DNA from: Rhizaria sp. SCN 62-66
Lineage: Eukaryota
Direction: 5' to 3'
Assembly (NCBI GenBank): GCA_001724265.1
Contig: MEDY01000021.1
Span: forward strand, 1 to 64,000
Length of the DNA: 64,000 nt
Shown: piece after piece, positions 61,120-64,000 of the stretch
How positions within the stretch are numbered: position 1 is the first letter of the stretch
How the letters are laid out: every line of letters starts with the position of its first letter
The notes under the pieces: generated by a model
What the model saw: only the letters and a program-made list of their open reading frames with translations
Database searches by the model: none
Told to the model about the DNA's origin: nothing
Position numbers and translations under genes: made by a program

Positions 61120-61640
61120 ATGTCCTCGTCCTCGCTGCAACCACACACCAACGGCCCCGCCGCGGCCGACGCGAGCGACGACCACGCTGCCGCTACGCAC
61201 CTCGCTCGCATTCTTAACGACGGCACCGGTGATTCTGCGTCTTCCGCCGCAGCTGTCCCCGCAACCGCGTCGACTCCAGCGGCGGCGGCACAACGCGCAC
61301 CCCCGCGTCCTAGCCAAGACTTGATTGATCGCATTCGAGCGCGGCGATTGGCAGAGCCTCAGGTCAAGGACTGGCGCGAGGTACGTTAAAAATGATGTCT
61401 GAACAATTATACTTCACATGAGTATTCTAATATTGCTTTCGCATTTGCCTAATTCCTCATCCTTGCGATCCTGTTGTCTTTTGTTGTTGCACTGGTTTGA
61501 CTTGCTTGCTCCAGACGCTGTCCGAGATCATCTCGTCAGATGTGACGCCGAAGCGCGGCCCGAACGCGGACCAGTGGTTCGCGTTTATTGTGCCGGGCGT
61601 TGTGTTTTATGTCCTTATCTACTGGATTGTCACAATGTGA
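61120..61640 (+). CDS. Small hypothetical tail-anchored membrane protein; exons 61120-61380, 61515-61640
   Basis: GTACGT donor at 61381, ...ctccag acceptor at 61514. Exon 2 reads TLSEIISSDVTPKRGPNADQWFAFIVPGVVFYVLIYWIVTM then TGA, ending in a hydrophobic helix. Confidence 0.75.
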
Positions 61641-62747
61641 GCATGGGAACAGGACGCCATTTCGCTCTCTCAAGTTTCCCTTCAATGGCTATAGCTCGAC
61701 ACCAACAAGGAATTTGGTAAAAGCGCGCACCAGTATGCCTTTTTAAACTGTGTTGTATAACTATTTTTGCTTTTAAAGCGAACACATGCGACTACACCTC
61801 TCTGTGACGCGCAGATACATGCTCAATTGGTCACTCCAGGCCACATATGTTTCAACAAACGAGAGACGCTTACCACACTATTAACACGACTACATAGACC
61901 AACAGAACTAATACATAGAACCAGTATATACATATAACATAATTACGCAACACTGGCAACAGCAACGATATTGCTGATCAGAAACGCTGAATTCCTATGG
62001 AATCCGGCTTCAGGGCGACGTGGTTCCGAAAAAAAATCGGGCTGCTTGGGACAGTTAAGAAATCGAACCAGATTTCGAAGGCATAAAAGTGGCACTAAGA
62101 ATGGCCGTGATAGCGTTTTTGTGACGTGATGCTCTACAACATCGTGCGATTTGTCGTTATTTAAGCCGTTGCTTCTTCACTCTGCATGAATACTGCTCAA
62201 TATCCCTTGGACTGGTCCAACAGTGGCCCGTTCTGAAGACGAATCCTGTGGCACCTAAAAAAGCACCCCGCCGGTCTATCTGCGTGGCCAGAATCAAACA
62301 ACTAATGTGAACGTGATGTATGTGTGCTAATTTTTAACGGCCGTTGCGCTGATAGATCTTAGCGACGGTATGCGACGTGCTTCAGGCAACCGTATGCCTC
62401 TTTGACTCGACACGCGCTGCCCTAACGCCCTCAACCGCTCCCCAATGCATAATTCCTCGTGTGTATTAGCCATAATCACTTCTGCGACCGCGCCACATCA
62501 CCATTGCTCCTATTTTTATGTACTTTTTGCTTGCTCTTGCCCTCCCAGGTCGCCCGTCAAGGTCACACACTCGCACACAGCGTTTGCTGTCCCCTCCACT
62601 CGCCCCACCTTCCCTTCCCTCCCCGGCCCTCCAGGCCCAGCCCAGACTCGCCCAGCGTCCGCGCTCGGCCCTGCGCTTTCCCTCGCGCGCCTCTCAGTTC
62701 CCCGCACACACCGCAACAGCCCGCTTGTGTCGTGATTTGTGTGCGTC

Positions 62748-64000
62748 ATGGGAGCGTGCGCCAGTGTCCCCAAATCCGCCGACAGCGGCAGCGGCGGCAC
62801 ACATAAAAAGAACGCCAAGAACAACAAGACCAACGGCGCCGACTTCGCTGACGGTGGCGGTGGCGCGAACAACGCGGCCCCCGCCGGCCGCGTCTGGTCC
62901 TCGAGCCCCGCCACCCCGCGCCTCGGTCACCGCTCCGCCGACGCCGCCGCCGACAGCAACGCCACCTCCGCCTCCGCGTCTCCGGCGCCGGGCTCGGCGT
63001 CGGCCTCGGTGGCGGCAAGCGCGGCGGCATCCCCGAGCCGGCCCGTACTGCACGTGGACGACAGCCTCGCCGACTTCAACTTTGATGACGACGACACGGC
63101 GGACCGGACGCGCCCCGCGACGCGGTCACACGCCGCCGCGGCCGGCCACCGCGGGCCCGCCAACGCGGGGTCTAGCGCCAGCGGGGACAACAGCACCACG
63201 CCCACCACGGCCCGCAGCCACAACAACGCGGCTGCCGGGCACAGCAACACCGCGGACAAGAACAACGGAAGCAATGTGACCGAGTCGTCGCCGCCGGCGA
63301 CTAGGGGACTGTGCGGTTCTGGCGGCGCCGCGACCCCGGTGTCGTCGAGCCACAACTCGCCGTCCAACGGCTGCAGCAACGGCGGTGGCCTCTGCTCCGG
63401 CGGCTCTAACAACAACAACAACAACAACAACAATAACAATGGTAGCAATTCTAACAATAACTCCAATATGCGCTCCCGTGGTGGCTCTAGCGCGGGCGCG
63501 ACTGCCTCAAACGCGGCCTCCCCTGCCCCCAACAGCAGCAGCAACAACGCAGGCACGGGCGCGGGCGCGGGTGTCTCTGCTGCCGGCTCCAGCGCCAAGT
63601 CGAGCGACGGCAGCGAGTCTGCGTTCCTCACGATCCCGATGTTCGACGAGCTCGACATGAAGGCCATGCAGGTCATCCGCAAAGTCTTCACCACCAAGAC
63701 GTTTGCCGAGGGCGACATCGTGCAGCCGCCGCGGTTTCCGCGCGCGCGGACTCGGCCGGTGCGGCCGAAGCCTCTCGTGCCGGGGCTCAAAGCCAAGGCT
63801 AAGAAGGACAAGGCCGAGGCCAAGGAAGCGAAGGAGGCCAAGGCCAAGGCTGCTGCTGAGGCTGAGGCTGAGGCTGAGGCGAAGGATGACGGGAGCAAGG
63901 CTAAGGACGATGAAGTCAAGACCGATGACACGGACAAGGCCGAGGTCAATACCACCGCTGCTGCTGAGGCTGCGGTCGACGCTGATGCCACGGACAAGGA
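62748..64000 (+). CDS. N-acylated (MGACAS) protein with the start of a probable cyclic-nucleotide-binding domain; partial at window end
   Basis: Open frame from ATG 62748 to the edge (absent from the track because it has no stop). FLTIPMFDELDMKAMQVIRKVFTTKTFAEGDIV matches the start of cNMP-binding (CAP_ED) domains. Confidence 0.7.
   Translation, partial: MGACASVPKSADSGSGGTHKKNAKNNKTNGADFADGGGGANNAAPAGRVWSSSPATPRLGHRSADAAADSNATSASASPAPGSASASVAASAAASPSRPVLHVDDSLADFNFDDDDTADRTRPATRSHAAAAGHRGPANAGSSASGDNSTTPTTARSHNNAAAGHSNTADKNNGSNVTESSPPATRGLCGSGGAATPVSSSHNSPSNGCSNGGGLCSGGSNNNNNNNNNNNGSNSNNNSNMRSRGGSSAGATASNAASPAPNSSSNNAGTGAGAGVSAAGSSAKSSDGSESAFLTIPMFDELDMKAMQVIRKVFTTKTFAEGDIVQPPRFPRARTRPVRPKPLVPGLKAKAKKDKAEAKEAKEAKAKAAAEAEAEAEAKDDGSKAKDDEVKTDDTDKAEVNTTAAAEAAVDADATDK
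63408..63440 (+). repeat. (AAC/AAT)n coding microsatellite, poly-Asn
   Basis: Directly visible. Confidence 0.9.

Overview
Gene-dense nuclear DNA from a eukaryote. An axonemal dynein intermediate chain (WDR63/DNAI3-like) implies a flagellated protist, but I cannot name the organism. Exons are GC-rich; GT-AG introns are short and AT-richer; intergenic spacers are short. I reconstruct 18 protein-coding genes, 16 complete and 2 cut by the window edges, with 18 introns. Recognisable products: DBP7/DDX31 helicase, WDR63/DNAI3, TAP42/alpha4, an AlkB-type 2OG-Fe(II) oxygenase, PIMT/PCMT, MetAP1, Hikeshi/OPI10, a secreted Kelch protein, a START-domain protein, IMPDH, a pogo/CENP-B-type HTH protein, DRG2 and a probable cNMP-binding protein. 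The rest are low-complexity or coiled-coil hypotheticals. Main signal: a ~4,180-codon gene (4477-17279) has two in-frame TAG codons (5194-5196, 6277-6279) inside otherwise continuous coding-like sequence, and none of the 16 complete genes ends in TAG (8 TAA, 8 TGA). This suggests UAG is a sense codon (context hints Gln) while UAA stays a stop. Readthrough, editing, nonsense mutation or assembly error cannot be excluded from this window. I found no rRNA, tRNA, CRISPR or intact mobile element.
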